Of a stretch of 54,697 bases of DNA, positions 9,182 to 18,054 are shown one piece after another. Both the position numbers and the translations under genes were made by a program. The notes under the pieces are model-generated. The model was given only the letters and a program-made list of their open reading frames with translations. It did no database searches and was not told the DNA's origin. Numbering within the stretch: position 1 is the first letter of the stretch; each line of letters opens with the position of its first letter. The DNA lies in IMG/VR virus record IMGVR_UViG_3300010401_000010, positions 1 to 54,697 of that record, one strand, 5' to 3'. The DNA is from a virus. Taxonomy: Duplodnaviria > Caudoviricetes.

Positions 9182-9456
9182 GGCGCAGGAAGTCGAAGGC
9201 TCCGTCGCCATCGCCGCAGGTCCTGAACCCCCTGCGCGGCTGCAAGTACTGCGGCGGCACGGGCTGGGTCCAGACGCTACACGGCCAGATCATCCAGCGC
9301 AACATCCCCGGCCTGAAGGACACCCTGGAGGGGCGGCCGCGGGTGGAGCGCTGCAGCTGCACGAAACCTGAGCGGAGACAGGAGGTCGCGCCCGAGCCCG
9401 CGCCGGCGGGACTCGACCAGGCGCAGAGAGCGGCCGGCGAGAAGGAGGAGGCGTAA
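9178..9456 (+). CDS. Zn-finger protein (CxxCxGxGW...CxC)
   Basis: CKYCGGTGWV...VERCSC, like the Zn module of phage helicase loaders but with no ATPase. Confidence 0.6.
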   Translation: MRRRKSKAPSPSPQVLNPLRGCKYCGGTGWVQTLHGQIIQRNIPGLKDTLEGRPRVERCSCTKPERRQEVAPEPAPAGLDQAQRAAGEKEEA

Positions 9457-9457
9457 G

Positions 9458-9829
9458 GTGGCGGACAAGACGGCGGAGCTCCTGATGGGAGCGAGCAACC
9501 CGAATCTTCCCGACGAGGATGTCGTCCGGAGGGAAGTGATCGAGCAGCTGCGGCGCGAAGTTGTCGAGCTTCAGGAAGAGAATGCCGAGCTGCGCTGCGC
9601 GAGCCGGCTGCTCAACGATCGGCTGCTGAAGCAGGCGATGGAGATCGACCGCGTGAAGAACGAGCGCGACGGCCTCGACCAGCTGGTCCGGCGGGCCCGG
9701 CTGATCGTGAAGACGTCCCACCTGCACGATCACAAGACCCATCGGAAGTACTTCAACCCGCTCACCATGGCAACGCCCGCATGCATCACGTGCCGCGTGC
9801 TCGTGTCGATGGAAAGGAGCGTGTCGTGA
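9458..9829 (+). CDS. Hypothetical coiled-coil protein
   Basis: RBS, operon packing, C-terminal CxxC. Confidence 0.6.
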   Translation: MADKTAELLMGASNPNLPDEDVVRREVIEQLRREVVELQEENAELRCASRLLNDRLLKQAMEIDRVKNERDGLDQLVRRARLIVKTSHLHDHKTHRKYFNPLTMATPACITCRVLVSMERSVS

Positions 9830-11613
9830 GTCGGATCGAAATCGGCCGTGCCGGCGGGAAGCCCGCCTACCTGGACCTGAAGATCTTGCTCCGCACCCGC
9901 GCCCTCGTCGCAGCCAATTCGGGCGGCGGAAAGTCCTGGCTCCTGCGGCGCCTGGCCGAGCAGCTCTTCGGCAAGGTGCCCGTGTGGATCATCGACCCGG
10001 AGGGCGAGTTCGCCACCCTGCGCGAGAAGTTCGGCTTCGTCCTCGTGGGCAAGGGCGGAGAGACGCCGGCGGATCCGCGCACGGCACCGCTCGTGGCGCA
10101 CAAGCTCCGGGAGCTGCAGGCCTCCGCAGTCTTCGACCTGTACGACCTCAAGCCGCCGACCCGCCACGCCTGGGTCCGCGCCTTCCTCGAGGCCCTGATG
10201 AACCTGCCCAAGTCCCTCTGGAAGCCGCTCGTCGTAATGCTCGACGAGGCGCATGTCTTCGGCCCCGAGAAAGGGATGGGCGAGAGCGAGGCCTACGGCG
10301 CCGTGCAAGACGTCGCCACGCGCGGGCGCAAGCGCGGGATCTGCCTCATCGCCTACACGCAGCGCCAGGCCAAGATTTCCAAGACCATCACGGCCGAGCT
10401 CCTCAACCGCCTGGTCGGGATGACGCGGGAGGGCGTGGACATCGACCGGGCCGTCGAGGTCCTGTCCGTGGCGCGCGACGAGCGGGACGAGTTCCGCGTC
10501 GATGTCAAGAAGCGAAAGCCCGGGGAGTTCTACGGGCTGGGCCCCGCGATCGGCGATGACAGGATCCTGCTCACCGTCGGGCCCGTCGAGACCACCCATC
10601 CCGAAGTCGGCTCGGAGATCTCCGATGTCCCTCCGCCGGCGCCGGAGAAGATCCGAGCGCTGTTGCCCAAGCTGGCCGACCTGCCCAAGGAGGCCGAGGA
10701 GAAGGCCCGCAACGAGGCGGACCTGCGCGCGGAGATCCGCTCCCTCAAGGCCCAGCTCGCGGCCAGACCGAAGGAGCCGACCGCCGCACCGCCCCCCGCG
10801 CACAAGATCAAGCCGGTCGAGGTCAAGGTCCTGAGGGAGGGAGAGCTGGGACGCCTGGCGCAGATCTGCGACCAGGCACGCAAGGCGGCGGACTATCTCA
10901 CCGTCGCCACGCGCAAGATCGACGAGGCCACGGAGCGGCTCGGACGAGGCGAGCGCAGCGTCCACGTCGCGGTGGAGAGCGCTCGGGATCGGCAGCGCCT
11001 CCAGCTCGTACAGACGTCTGCACCCGTGAAACGGGTTGAGCCCGCTCTGCAACACTTCACCGTCCCAGTGAAACGAATCGAGCCTGTTCTGAAACACGGA
11101 GACGTCGATGTGAGGGATACGACCGTCTCCCGGCCGCAGCTCAAGATCCTCCAAGCGATCGCGATGTTTGAGGCGCTGGGCTTCAGCGAGGTACCGCGGA
11201 CGTGGGTCGCTCCCCTCGCCGACACCACCTGGAAGTCGAGCGGCTTCGAGAAGAACGTCTCGACTCTGAAGACGGGCGGATACCTGGACGTCGGCAGTCC
11301 CGGAACCCTGCGGATCCTCCCGCCGGGACGTGGCGAGGTGGGCAACCAGCTGGCCCCGACCCACGAGCTGCTCCTCCAGAAATGCGCCGCGGCGATCTCC
11401 ACGCCCCAGGGGGCGATTCTGAATACGCTGGTCCAGATCTTCCCCATGGACCTGGACCGCGACGAGATCGCAAGCCGGTCCGGCACCACCCCCACGTCGA
11501 GCGGCTTCGAGAAGAACATGAGCACGGTCAAGACCGCGGGAATGATCGAGATCACCGGGAAGGGCCGGGCTCGCGCCGCGGCCTGGTTGTTCCCTGATCG
11601 GGAAAGGAGCTGA
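9826..11613 (+). CDS. HerA/DUF87-like P-loop ATPase with two C-terminal wHTH-like repeats
   Basis: ANSGGGKS Walker A; IIDPEGEF; MLDEAH Walker B; RGRKRG; TQR. Confidence 0.85.
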   Translation: MSRIEIGRAGGKPAYLDLKILLRTRALVAANSGGGKSWLLRRLAEQLFGKVPVWIIDPEGEFATLREKFGFVLVGKGGETPADPRTAPLVAHKLRELQASAVFDLYDLKPPTRHAWVRAFLEALMNLPKSLWKPLVVMLDEAHVFGPEKGMGESEAYGAVQDVATRGRKRGICLIAYTQRQAKISKTITAELLNRLVGMTREGVDIDRAVEVLSVARDERDEFRVDVKKRKPGEFYGLGPAIGDDRILLTVGPVETTHPEVGSEISDVPPPAPEKIRALLPKLADLPKEAEEKARNEADLRAEIRSLKAQLAARPKEPTAAPPPAHKIKPVEVKVLREGELGRLAQICDQARKAADYLTVATRKIDEATERLGRGERSVHVAVESARDRQRLQLVQTSAPVKRVEPALQHFTVPVKRIEPVLKHGDVDVRDTTVSRPQLKILQAIAMFEALGFSEVPRTWVAPLADTTWKSSGFEKNVSTLKTGGYLDVGSPGTLRILPPGRGEVGNQLAPTHELLLQKCAAAISTPQGAILNTLVQIFPMDLDRDEIASRSGTTPTSSGFEKNMSTVKTAGMIEITGKGRARAAAWLFPDRERS

Positions 11614-11615
11614 CG

Positions 11616-11816
11616 ATGGCGGCTAAGTTCATCTGCGATGGCTGCGGGAAGGAAGCGCCGGCCGAGTACGTGAAGCGCGGCGGCTCGGGCTGGTTCAAAC
11701 CAGCCTCCTGGTTCCAGCGCCAGGACGACGACGGGCCGCAGGACGCGTGCTCGCGCGAGTGCATCGAGAAGATCGCCAAGGAGTCGGGCAAGACCGGCGT
11801 GGTCCTGCCCTTCTGA
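11616..11816 (+). CDS. Small Zn-ribbon protein
   Basis: CDGCG...CSREC; AGGAG RBS. Confidence 0.7.
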   Translation: MAAKFICDGCGKEAPAEYVKRGGSGWFKPASWFQRQDDDGPQDACSRECIEKIAKESGKTGVVLPF

Positions 11817-11837
11817 ACGACGAACGAGAGGTGCGAC

Positions 11838-12416
11838 ATGCCTAGCCTGGACATCAAACTGAACGGCGACGGCGCCTGGGAGGACCTGGCCATCTGCCCG
11901 CCTGACAAGATCTACCGCACGCAGAGCGCGAAGCTCCTCGCCCTCGAGGGCGGCATGGAGAGCGGCCTTCCGGCGGTGATGCTCCGCATCGACCTGCCCG
12001 ACGGCAAGGTCGCGATCTACGAGACGTCGGCCGCACAGTTCCTCATGGCCGCGCAGGCGATCCGTGGCCGCTTCCCGGAGCTCGAGGTCGAGGTGCCGCG
12101 GCGGCCGCAGCAGCACAGCGCGCCGAGCGCGACTCCGGCCGGCTCCCTGGTCGGGAAGAAGAACGTGTACATCTGCGTCAGCTGCGAGCGCGGAGTGGTC
12201 ACCGTGGACCGCGAGGACGGCGTGACGCCGATGCTGATCCCCTGCCAGTTCGGGTGCAAAGCGGTCATGCACTCCCAGTTCTACCGGGTCCAACAGGACC
12301 TCCCGGCCACCCACGAGTGGTACCGCCCGACCGAGGAGGAACTGCGCGACGCGTCGCCCGCGATGCGAGACCACGTGAGCCGCGGAGGCCTCGACATCAG
12401 GAAGATCGGCGGATGA
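11838..12416 (+). CDS. Hypothetical protein (two apparent domains)
   Basis: GAGGT RBS; C-terminal CVSC...DGVTPM..C...C...EWYRP. Confidence 0.7.
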   Translation: MPSLDIKLNGDGAWEDLAICPPDKIYRTQSAKLLALEGGMESGLPAVMLRIDLPDGKVAIYETSAAQFLMAAQAIRGRFPELEVEVPRRPQQHSAPSATPAGSLVGKKNVYICVSCERGVVTVDREDGVTPMLIPCQFGCKAVMHSQFYRVQQDLPATHEWYRPTEEELRDASPAMRDHVSRGGLDIRKIGG

Positions 12417-12634
12417 GGACCATCAACGTCGTCGCGGACGTGGGCCAGATCGTGCGCCTCGAGCTCGCCAAGGACCTGGAGGCGATCGTGACGGCCATCA
12501 CCATCCGCGAGGAAGGCATTGCCTACGAGCTGACCTGGCTCGCCGCCGGCGAAGTGCAGTCCGCGTGGCTGCCGGCGAGCGCCATCCATCGTGACCGCGA
12601 ACCCCAGCAGATCGGCTTTTCGAGGACCACGTGA
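12413..12634 (+). CDS. Hypothetical protein
   Basis: ATGA overlap; ends QQIGFSRTT. Confidence 0.6.
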   Translation: MRTINVVADVGQIVRLELAKDLEAIVTAITIREEGIAYELTWLAAGEVQSAWLPASAIHRDREPQQIGFSRTT

Positions 12635-12951
12635 AATGCATCGGACGACACGACCGACGCGACGAGGACCTCGACTGGGAGGACGAGGGCAACGACCCGC
12701 CCGGGGATCCCGAGGCGGAGTACTTCCGCGAGTGCTCCTTCTGCGGCGCCACGGTGTGGCTCTGCGGGGACTGCCGGGATCGGATCTTCCTCTGCTCCCG
12801 GTGCTTCAACGCCCAGAAGACCTGGGGCAAGGACGAGGCCAGGCGCATCGGGCGCCGGCGAGAACGAAAGCGCGAATGGCAGCGGCGGGCCCGGCGTAGG
12901 GTCCCGCGCGATAGATCGCAGCTGGAACTGTTTGAGGAGAGATGGGTATGA
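12631..12951 (+). CDS. Cys-rich hypothetical protein
   Basis: Three CxxC motifs; ends in QLELF. Confidence 0.55.
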   Translation: MKCIGRHDRRDEDLDWEDEGNDPPGDPEAEYFRECSFCGATVWLCGDCRDRIFLCSRCFNAQKTWGKDEARRIGRRRERKREWQRRARRRVPRDRSQLELFEERWV

Positions 12952-13439
12952 ACGACGTCGACGTCCAGGCCATGAAACAGATCGAGCAGTCGCCCGTGAC
13001 GACCGCCCCGCCGGTGAAGGCCAACGAGGAGACGAAGAAGATCGAGGCGCCTCCCGCCAAGCCCAAGAAGGAGGAGCCCCTTCCCCCGGATCTCCCCGAG
13101 GACGTGAAGCGGCCGCAGAAGCTCATCGAGGCCATCCACATGCGCCGCGAGATGCGCGCCCGGTTCGTTTCCGAGAAGCTCCGCCGCGGCGTGGAGATCG
13201 AGAACGAGCTACGGCAGGCGGAGAAGGACCGCAACGCCCGCCTCGATGCCGTCGAGGCCCATGCCAAGGTGCAGCTGGACGCGATCGCGGCGGCCTACCA
13301 GGACCTGGGCCGCGAGCGGAAGGCCGAGCTCGATGCACGTGATACCCAGATCGAGAAGGTAGATCTCTCCCTCGAGCAGCTGTGCAAGCAGCTCGAAGCC
13401 GAGCTGGCCAAGCTGACCGGGCGGAAGGTGTCGGCGTGA
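12948..13439 (+). CDS. Hypothetical coiled-coil protein
   Basis: GAGGAG RBS (start 12942 or 12948). Confidence 0.7.
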   Translation: MNDVDVQAMKQIEQSPVTTAPPVKANEETKKIEAPPAKPKKEEPLPPDLPEDVKRPQKLIEAIHMRREMRARFVSEKLRRGVEIENELRQAEKDRNARLDAVEAHAKVQLDAIAAAYQDLGRERKAELDARDTQIEKVDLSLEQLCKQLEAELAKLTGRKVSA

Positions 13440-13981
13440 CGGAGCCGATCAGCGAAGAGGCACTGGTCGAAATCGAGTCCGTCGCGCGCCGAGCGCAGCG
13501 GACTCCGACGAACGGCGATGGGACGTTTGCCAGGATCGCGGTGGACAACGTTCCGCGGCTGGTCGAAGAGATTCGCCGACTGCGGAAGTGCCAGCAAGAA
13601 GACTGGTGCCCTGGCGTCCCTGTCGCCTGCCAGAAGCACGTCGACCAGCTCGGCATGGACGTCTTCTCAGCGAACGTCGAGCTGGATAATCTGCGCAAGC
13701 AACTGGCCGACGAGAAGGCGAAGGCCCTTCTCTACGACAAGACCTTGCATCGCACGCTCGGGTCGCTCCACGTCATCAACGCCCGCGCCGGGAACATCGT
13801 CCGGTGGATCAAGGACCCGAACCTGAAGGCCGAAGTTGAGGCGCAGGCCATCGTCGATGAGCGGGGTAAGGCCCACGAGTGCATCGTGGAGGCAGTCACC
13901 CCGAAGCCCGTCCCCATGTGCAAGCCCGACGCCCTGCACGACATCTTCCCGGAGTCCAGCGGGGAGGGCAACCCGTCATGA
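13436..13981 (+). CDS. Hypothetical protein
   Basis: GTGA overlap; F..IA...VPRLVEEIRRLR motif common in phage proteins. Confidence 0.65.
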   Translation: MTEPISEEALVEIESVARRAQRTPTNGDGTFARIAVDNVPRLVEEIRRLRKCQQEDWCPGVPVACQKHVDQLGMDVFSANVELDNLRKQLADEKAKALLYDKTLHRTLGSLHVINARAGNIVRWIKDPNLKAEVEAQAIVDERGKAHECIVEAVTPKPVPMCKPDALHDIFPESSGEGNPS

Positions 13982-14178
13982 AGACCAAGTTCCACGACTT
14001 CGGGAGCGGCTGTCCGAAGTGCCGCGCGGCCGCCGGCGTGCGTAGCCACTGCCTCGGCTGCAAGGCCCTGAAGGACGGCTCCGACCATCACCACTGCGCC
14101 TGCACGTCCTGCGGCTTCGCCTGGGTGGAGAAGCCCGCCGACGCCATGAAAGCAACGAAAGGGGGAAAGAAGCGATGA
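13978..14178 (+). CDS. Small Cys/His Zn-binding protein
   Basis: CPKC...C..C...HHHCACTSCGFAW. Confidence 0.6.
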   Translation: MKTKFHDFGSGCPKCRAAAGVRSHCLGCKALKDGSDHHHCACTSCGFAWVEKPADAMKATKGGKKR

Positions 14179-15572
14179 ACACCATCCCGGCACCGAAGAT
14201 CGAGACCGTCGAGATCACGCGCCTCAAGCCGTGGGGAAAGAACCCGCGCAAGAACCATGCGGTCGACGCCATCGCGCGGTCGATCGAGGCCCTCGGGTAC
14301 CTCGCGCCCATCATCGTCCAGGCGGGGACGTACCGGATCCTGGCGGGCCACGGCCGCCTCGAGGCGCTGCAGCGCCTGGGCGTGCAGCAGGTCCCGGTCA
14401 TCGTGGCCGAGATCTCCGACGAGAAGGCGGACCTCTACACGATCGCCGACAACAAGCTGACCGAGGCGGCTTCGTGGGACGAGAACCTCCTGCGCGCGCT
14501 GGTCGGCGAGCTCAAGGGACTGGACGTCGACCTGACCGTGACGGGCTTCAGCGAAGGCGAGCTGAAGGAGATCGAGGGGCTCACTATCGACGACCCGGCC
14601 CTGGACGCCGAGGACGCCCTGGTCGAACCGGAGGCCTCCGCGATCACCCAGCCTGGGGACCTCTGGAGGCTCGGCGTCCACCGCGTGGCATGCGGGGACT
14701 CCACCACCGAGATCGCCTACCGTAAGCTGCTGGGCGGTGAGCACGCCGATCTGGTCTTCACGGACCCGCCATACGGCGTGGACTACAAGGCGAAGAAGTT
14801 CGACCTGATCAAGAACGACGAGCTGAAGGGCGAGAAGCTGCTGTCGTTCCTCGCCGAGGCGTTCTCCTGGACGTCCTTCTGCGCGAAGGACGACGCTGCG
14901 TTCTACATCTGGCACGCGTCCTCCACGCGCGGGTACTTCACGAGCGCGATGGCAATGGCCGGCCTCCTCGAACGCCAGTACCTGATCTGGGTGAAGCCGT
15001 CGCTCGTCCTGGGCCACGCCGACTACCAGTGGCAGCATGAGCCCTGCTTCTACGCGGCGAAGCAGGACGGCAAGCCCCAGTTCTACGGCGCGCGCGACCA
15101 GGCTACGGTGTGGCACGTCGCGCACCGGTCGAAGAAGTACAGCTCCGCCGTCCTGGGTTCGGGCGCCGTCGTGCAGGTCGGCAAGCAGCGCCTGTACGTG
15201 AGCGAGATCGTCCCGAAGAGCCGCAAGATCCGCGAATTCCGTCTCCCGCCCGACATGGCGATGAGCTTCATGGCCGAGCCGACGGCCACGGACTGCTGGA
15301 CCGTCGGACGCGACGCCGGCGCCGAGCATCCGACCCAGAAGCCCATCGAGCTGGCCCGTCGCGCGATCGAGAACAGCAGCAAGGTCGGGGAGATCGTGCT
15401 CGACCCGTTCCTCGGCAGCGGCTCGACGCTCATCGCCTCCGAGGTCACGCAACGCGTGTGCCGCGGCATCGAGCTGGCGCCGCAGTACGTGGACGTCATC
15501 GTGAAGCGCTGGCAGCTGCTCACCGGCGAGAAGGCGCAGAACCTCACGCGTCCGGAGGTGACGATTCCATGA
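14175..15572 (+). CDS. ParB-N domain fused to DPPY-type DNA methyltransferase
   Basis: NPRKN...ILAGHGRLEA...IADNKL; FTDPPYGV; HPTQKP; VLDPFLGSGST. Confidence 0.92.
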   Translation: MNTIPAPKIETVEITRLKPWGKNPRKNHAVDAIARSIEALGYLAPIIVQAGTYRILAGHGRLEALQRLGVQQVPVIVAEISDEKADLYTIADNKLTEAASWDENLLRALVGELKGLDVDLTVTGFSEGELKEIEGLTIDDPALDAEDALVEPEASAITQPGDLWRLGVHRVACGDSTTEIAYRKLLGGEHADLVFTDPPYGVDYKAKKFDLIKNDELKGEKLLSFLAEAFSWTSFCAKDDAAFYIWHASSTRGYFTSAMAMAGLLERQYLIWVKPSLVLGHADYQWQHEPCFYAAKQDGKPQFYGARDQATVWHVAHRSKKYSSAVLGSGAVVQVGKQRLYVSEIVPKSRKIREFRLPPDMAMSFMAEPTATDCWTVGRDAGAEHPTQKPIELARRAIENSSKVGEIVLDPFLGSGSTLIASEVTQRVCRGIELAPQYVDVIVKRWQLLTGEKAQNLTRPEVTIP

Positions 15573-15658
15573 GACCGCAATGGGGGCAGATTCTGGGAGT
15601 AGGGCTGCTGGTCGCGTTGGCGATCGGCTGCATGCTGCTCCTGTCCTGGTACCTGTAA
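15569..15658 (+). CDS. Small membrane protein (29 aa)
   Basis: GGAGGT RBS, ATGA overlap; MRPQWGQILGVGLLVALAIGCMLLLSWYL. Confidence 0.55.
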   Translation: MRPQWGQILGVGLLVALAIGCMLLLSWYL

Positions 15659-15674
15659 CCAACGAGGAGAATTC

Positions 15675-15896
15675 ATGGGGATGAGAGAGGTGGTAGCTAT
15701 GGCAACGGGTGAGAAAGCCAGCGACGACGACAAGGACAAGGTGGTCCCCTTCAACATCCGCGTGCCGGAAGGGAACCTCGAGGAAGCTCGCCGGCGTGCG
15801 AACTCCCGAGGCATCAGCCTCAACGCATGGATCTGCGACGCGATCGCGGACAAGCTGGAGGACACGGGCAGAATCGTCCCGTTCAGAAAACCGTGA
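15675..15896 (+). CDS. Ribbon-helix-helix (Arc/HicB-like) DNA-binding protein
   Basis: FNIRVP...A...GISLNAWICDAI. Confidence 0.75.
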   Translation: MGMREVVAMATGEKASDDDKDKVVPFNIRVPEGNLEEARRRANSRGISLNAWICDAIADKLEDTGRIVPFRKP

Positions 15897-15900
15897 TACC

Positions 15901-15934
15901 AAAATGGGATGAAAGTAATCCCATTTTCATCCCA
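15901..15934. promoter_or_regulatory. Nested inverted repeats upstream of the terminase (candidate operator, packaging or recombination site)
   Basis: AAAATGGGAT-N7-ATCCCATTTT and TGGGATGAAA-N10-TTTCATCCCA in an AT-rich gap. Confidence 0.5.
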
Positions 15935-15998
15935 AAAGGTGCGAATCCGTCGATTGGCAGTCCTTTTTTCATGATTCATTCGCCATTATCCATGGCGC

Positions 15999-16586
15999 AT
16001 GGACGCGAACGGCGATTCCACCCAACTCGGGAACGGCAACGGCTCTTCGAAGCCGGACCATCCCGAAATCACTCCGCTCCCGTCCGCCGCAGCGGCCCCT
16101 TCGGGGGCCCCGGTCAGCGCCTCCCCCGCGGATGCGCCGGCCGGAGCTCCCGAACCCCTCGTCGTAGTCGACGAGGACCTCCGCGATGAGAACGGCCGCA
16201 TCAGGCCGGGCAAGACCCTCAACAAGAAGGGCCGCCCTCCAGGCAGCCCGAACCTGAACGCCGAGCTGCAGAAGGCCGTCAAGAAGTACAAGCTCGGCCA
16301 GAAGAGCTACCTCGAGCTGCTCCTCACGAAGTCCCTTCAGGACGTCGAGTACGCCAAGCTCGTCGTCCCGAAGATCCTGTCGAACGTCGACGTGCCGGCG
16401 CCGGCGGGTGGGGTCACCATCCACAACACCCCGCAGGCGAACGCCTCGGCCAATCACGAAACCAATGTCGAACTTGTTGCAAAACTCCTCGCCGACGCTG
16501 ATGGCCGCGAGGACGCTGCTCGATTCACTGAGCGCGTCGCGGCTTGCGGCGGTTTCTCCCGGGATGCTGGGAATGTACGCAACTAG
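15999..16586 (+). CDS. terS: Terminase small subunit (putative)
   Basis: RDENGRIRPGKTLNKKGRPPGSPN motif; directly upstream of terL. Confidence 0.7.
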   Translation: MDANGDSTQLGNGNGSSKPDHPEITPLPSAAAAPSGAPVSASPADAPAGAPEPLVVVDEDLRDENGRIRPGKTLNKKGRPPGSPNLNAELQKAVKKYKLGQKSYLELLLTKSLQDVEYAKLVVPKILSNVDVPAPAGGVTIHNTPQANASANHETNVELVAKLLADADGREDAARFTERVAACGGFSRDAGNVRN

Positions 16587-18054
16587 GGACTCGAAGAAGC
16601 CCTGGAGGCTGTACCGGCACATGGCCCTGTTCAACCGAGTCGCGCTCGCGATCGCCGCGGCGCTTCTGGCCGGGACGGGCTTCAACCTCATCGTCAACAT
16701 CCAGGCCCAGATCGGCAAGAGCGACTTCTGGTCGAAGTACTTCCCCGCCTGGGTGATCGGCACCTTCAAGGACAAGTGCGTCGCGCTCTCGTCCTACGAG
16801 GCCTCCTTCGCGCAGGACAAGGGCCGCGCCGTTCGCGACCTGATCGAGCAGTACGGACCCGAGGTCTTCGGCGTCACGGTCCGCCAGGACAAGCGCGCGG
16901 CCGACAACTGGGAGATCCAGAACCTGCTGACCGGCGAGTTCTGCCGCGGCGGCATGGTGACGTGCGGCGTGGGCGGACCGCTCACGGGGCGCCCCGCGGA
17001 CATCGGGATCATCGACGACCCGATCAAGAACAACGAGGAGGCGGCCTCTGAATCCCACCTCGAGAAGATCCACGACTGGTACCAGGCGGTCTTCTCCACG
17101 CGGTTCAAGGAGGCGGGGGTCAAGATCGTCGTCATGACGCGCTGGTCCCACAAGGACCTGGTCGCGCGCATCAAGGAGTCCGCGAAGGAGAGCGGCGAGA
17201 AGTGGGTCGAGCTCTCTCTGCCGGCCATCGCCGAAGAGGACGAGGACTTCAGCAGCAAGACCGGCCCCGACGGGCAGCTCCTCGGCCTCGACTGGACCCG
17301 CAAGAAGGGTGACGTCGTCTGCCCGGAGATGTACTCGAAGGCGACCATGGAGAAGCGCCAGAAGGTGACGCTTCCCTACTGGTGGGCCACGATGTACATG
17401 CAGCAGCCCTACCCGCGCGAGGGAGGCGAGTTCCAGAGCTCGTGGTTCCAGATCGTCGACGAGATCCCCAAGCTCACCATGTCGTGCCGCTCGTGGGACC
17501 TGGCGGCGAGCGAGGACAAGAAGAACGCCCAGACCGCCGGCATCAAGATCGGCTTCCGAGGCATCTCGGAGGACCGGGAGTACTACATCACCGATGCCAA
17601 GGCCGACTGGTGGAAGAGCGGCCCGCGCGACAAGGAGATCAAGCAGACCGCCCAGACCGATGGCAAGAGCGTGACCGTGATCCTCGAGCAGGAGCCGGGC
17701 TCGGGCGGCAAAACCCAGGCCGAGGCGATCGAGCGCAAGCTGGACGGCTGGGCCGTGAAGATCACCGTGGCCGGCAACGAGGGCTCCAAGCTCCTCCGCG
17801 CCGACCCGCTCGCCTCCGCGGCCCATGCGGGGAAGGTCTTCCTGAAGCGCGCCGATTGGAACGAGAAGTTCCTGGAGCAGGTCCGCCGCTTCCCAGGCGG
17901 GAAGCCCATCGACATGATCGACGGCGCCGCCCAGGGCTACAACTGGCTCGCCGAGCAGCCGGATCCCGAGATCATCGACCCCGAAGACATGCTCGGACCT
18001 GAAGAGGACCGCGTCTTCGGCAGCGCCCCGGAGGGGAGCGTGTTCGACGAATGA
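16465..18054 (+). CDS. terL: Terminase large subunit
   Basis: IGKS Walker A, LTGRPAD.GIIDDP Walker B, MTRW, YMQQP, SWDLA, EQEPGSGGK, DMIDG; start codon uncertain. Confidence 0.95.
   Translation: MSNLLQNSSPTLMAARTLLDSLSASRLAAVSPGMLGMYATRDSKKPWRLYRHMALFNRVALAIAAALLAGTGFNLIVNIQAQIGKSDFWSKYFPAWVIGTFKDKCVALSSYEASFAQDKGRAVRDLIEQYGPEVFGVTVRQDKRAADNWEIQNLLTGEFCRGGMVTCGVGGPLTGRPADIGIIDDPIKNNEEAASESHLEKIHDWYQAVFSTRFKEAGVKIVVMTRWSHKDLVARIKESAKESGEKWVELSLPAIAEEDEDFSSKTGPDGQLLGLDWTRKKGDVVCPEMYSKATMEKRQKVTLPYWWATMYMQQPYPREGGEFQSSWFQIVDEIPKLTMSCRSWDLAASEDKKNAQTAGIKIGFRGISEDREYYITDAKADWWKSGPRDKEIKQTAQTDGKSVTVILEQEPGSGGKTQAEAIERKLDGWAVKITVAGNEGSKLLRADPLASAAHAGKVFLKRADWNEKFLEQVRRFPGGKPIDMIDGAAQGYNWLAEQPDPEIIDPEDMLGPEEDRVFGSAPEGSVFDE

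Noticed and set aside
14175-14560. ParABS partition system
   Set aside because: ParB-N is fused to an MTase, a common phage arrangement; no ParA seen
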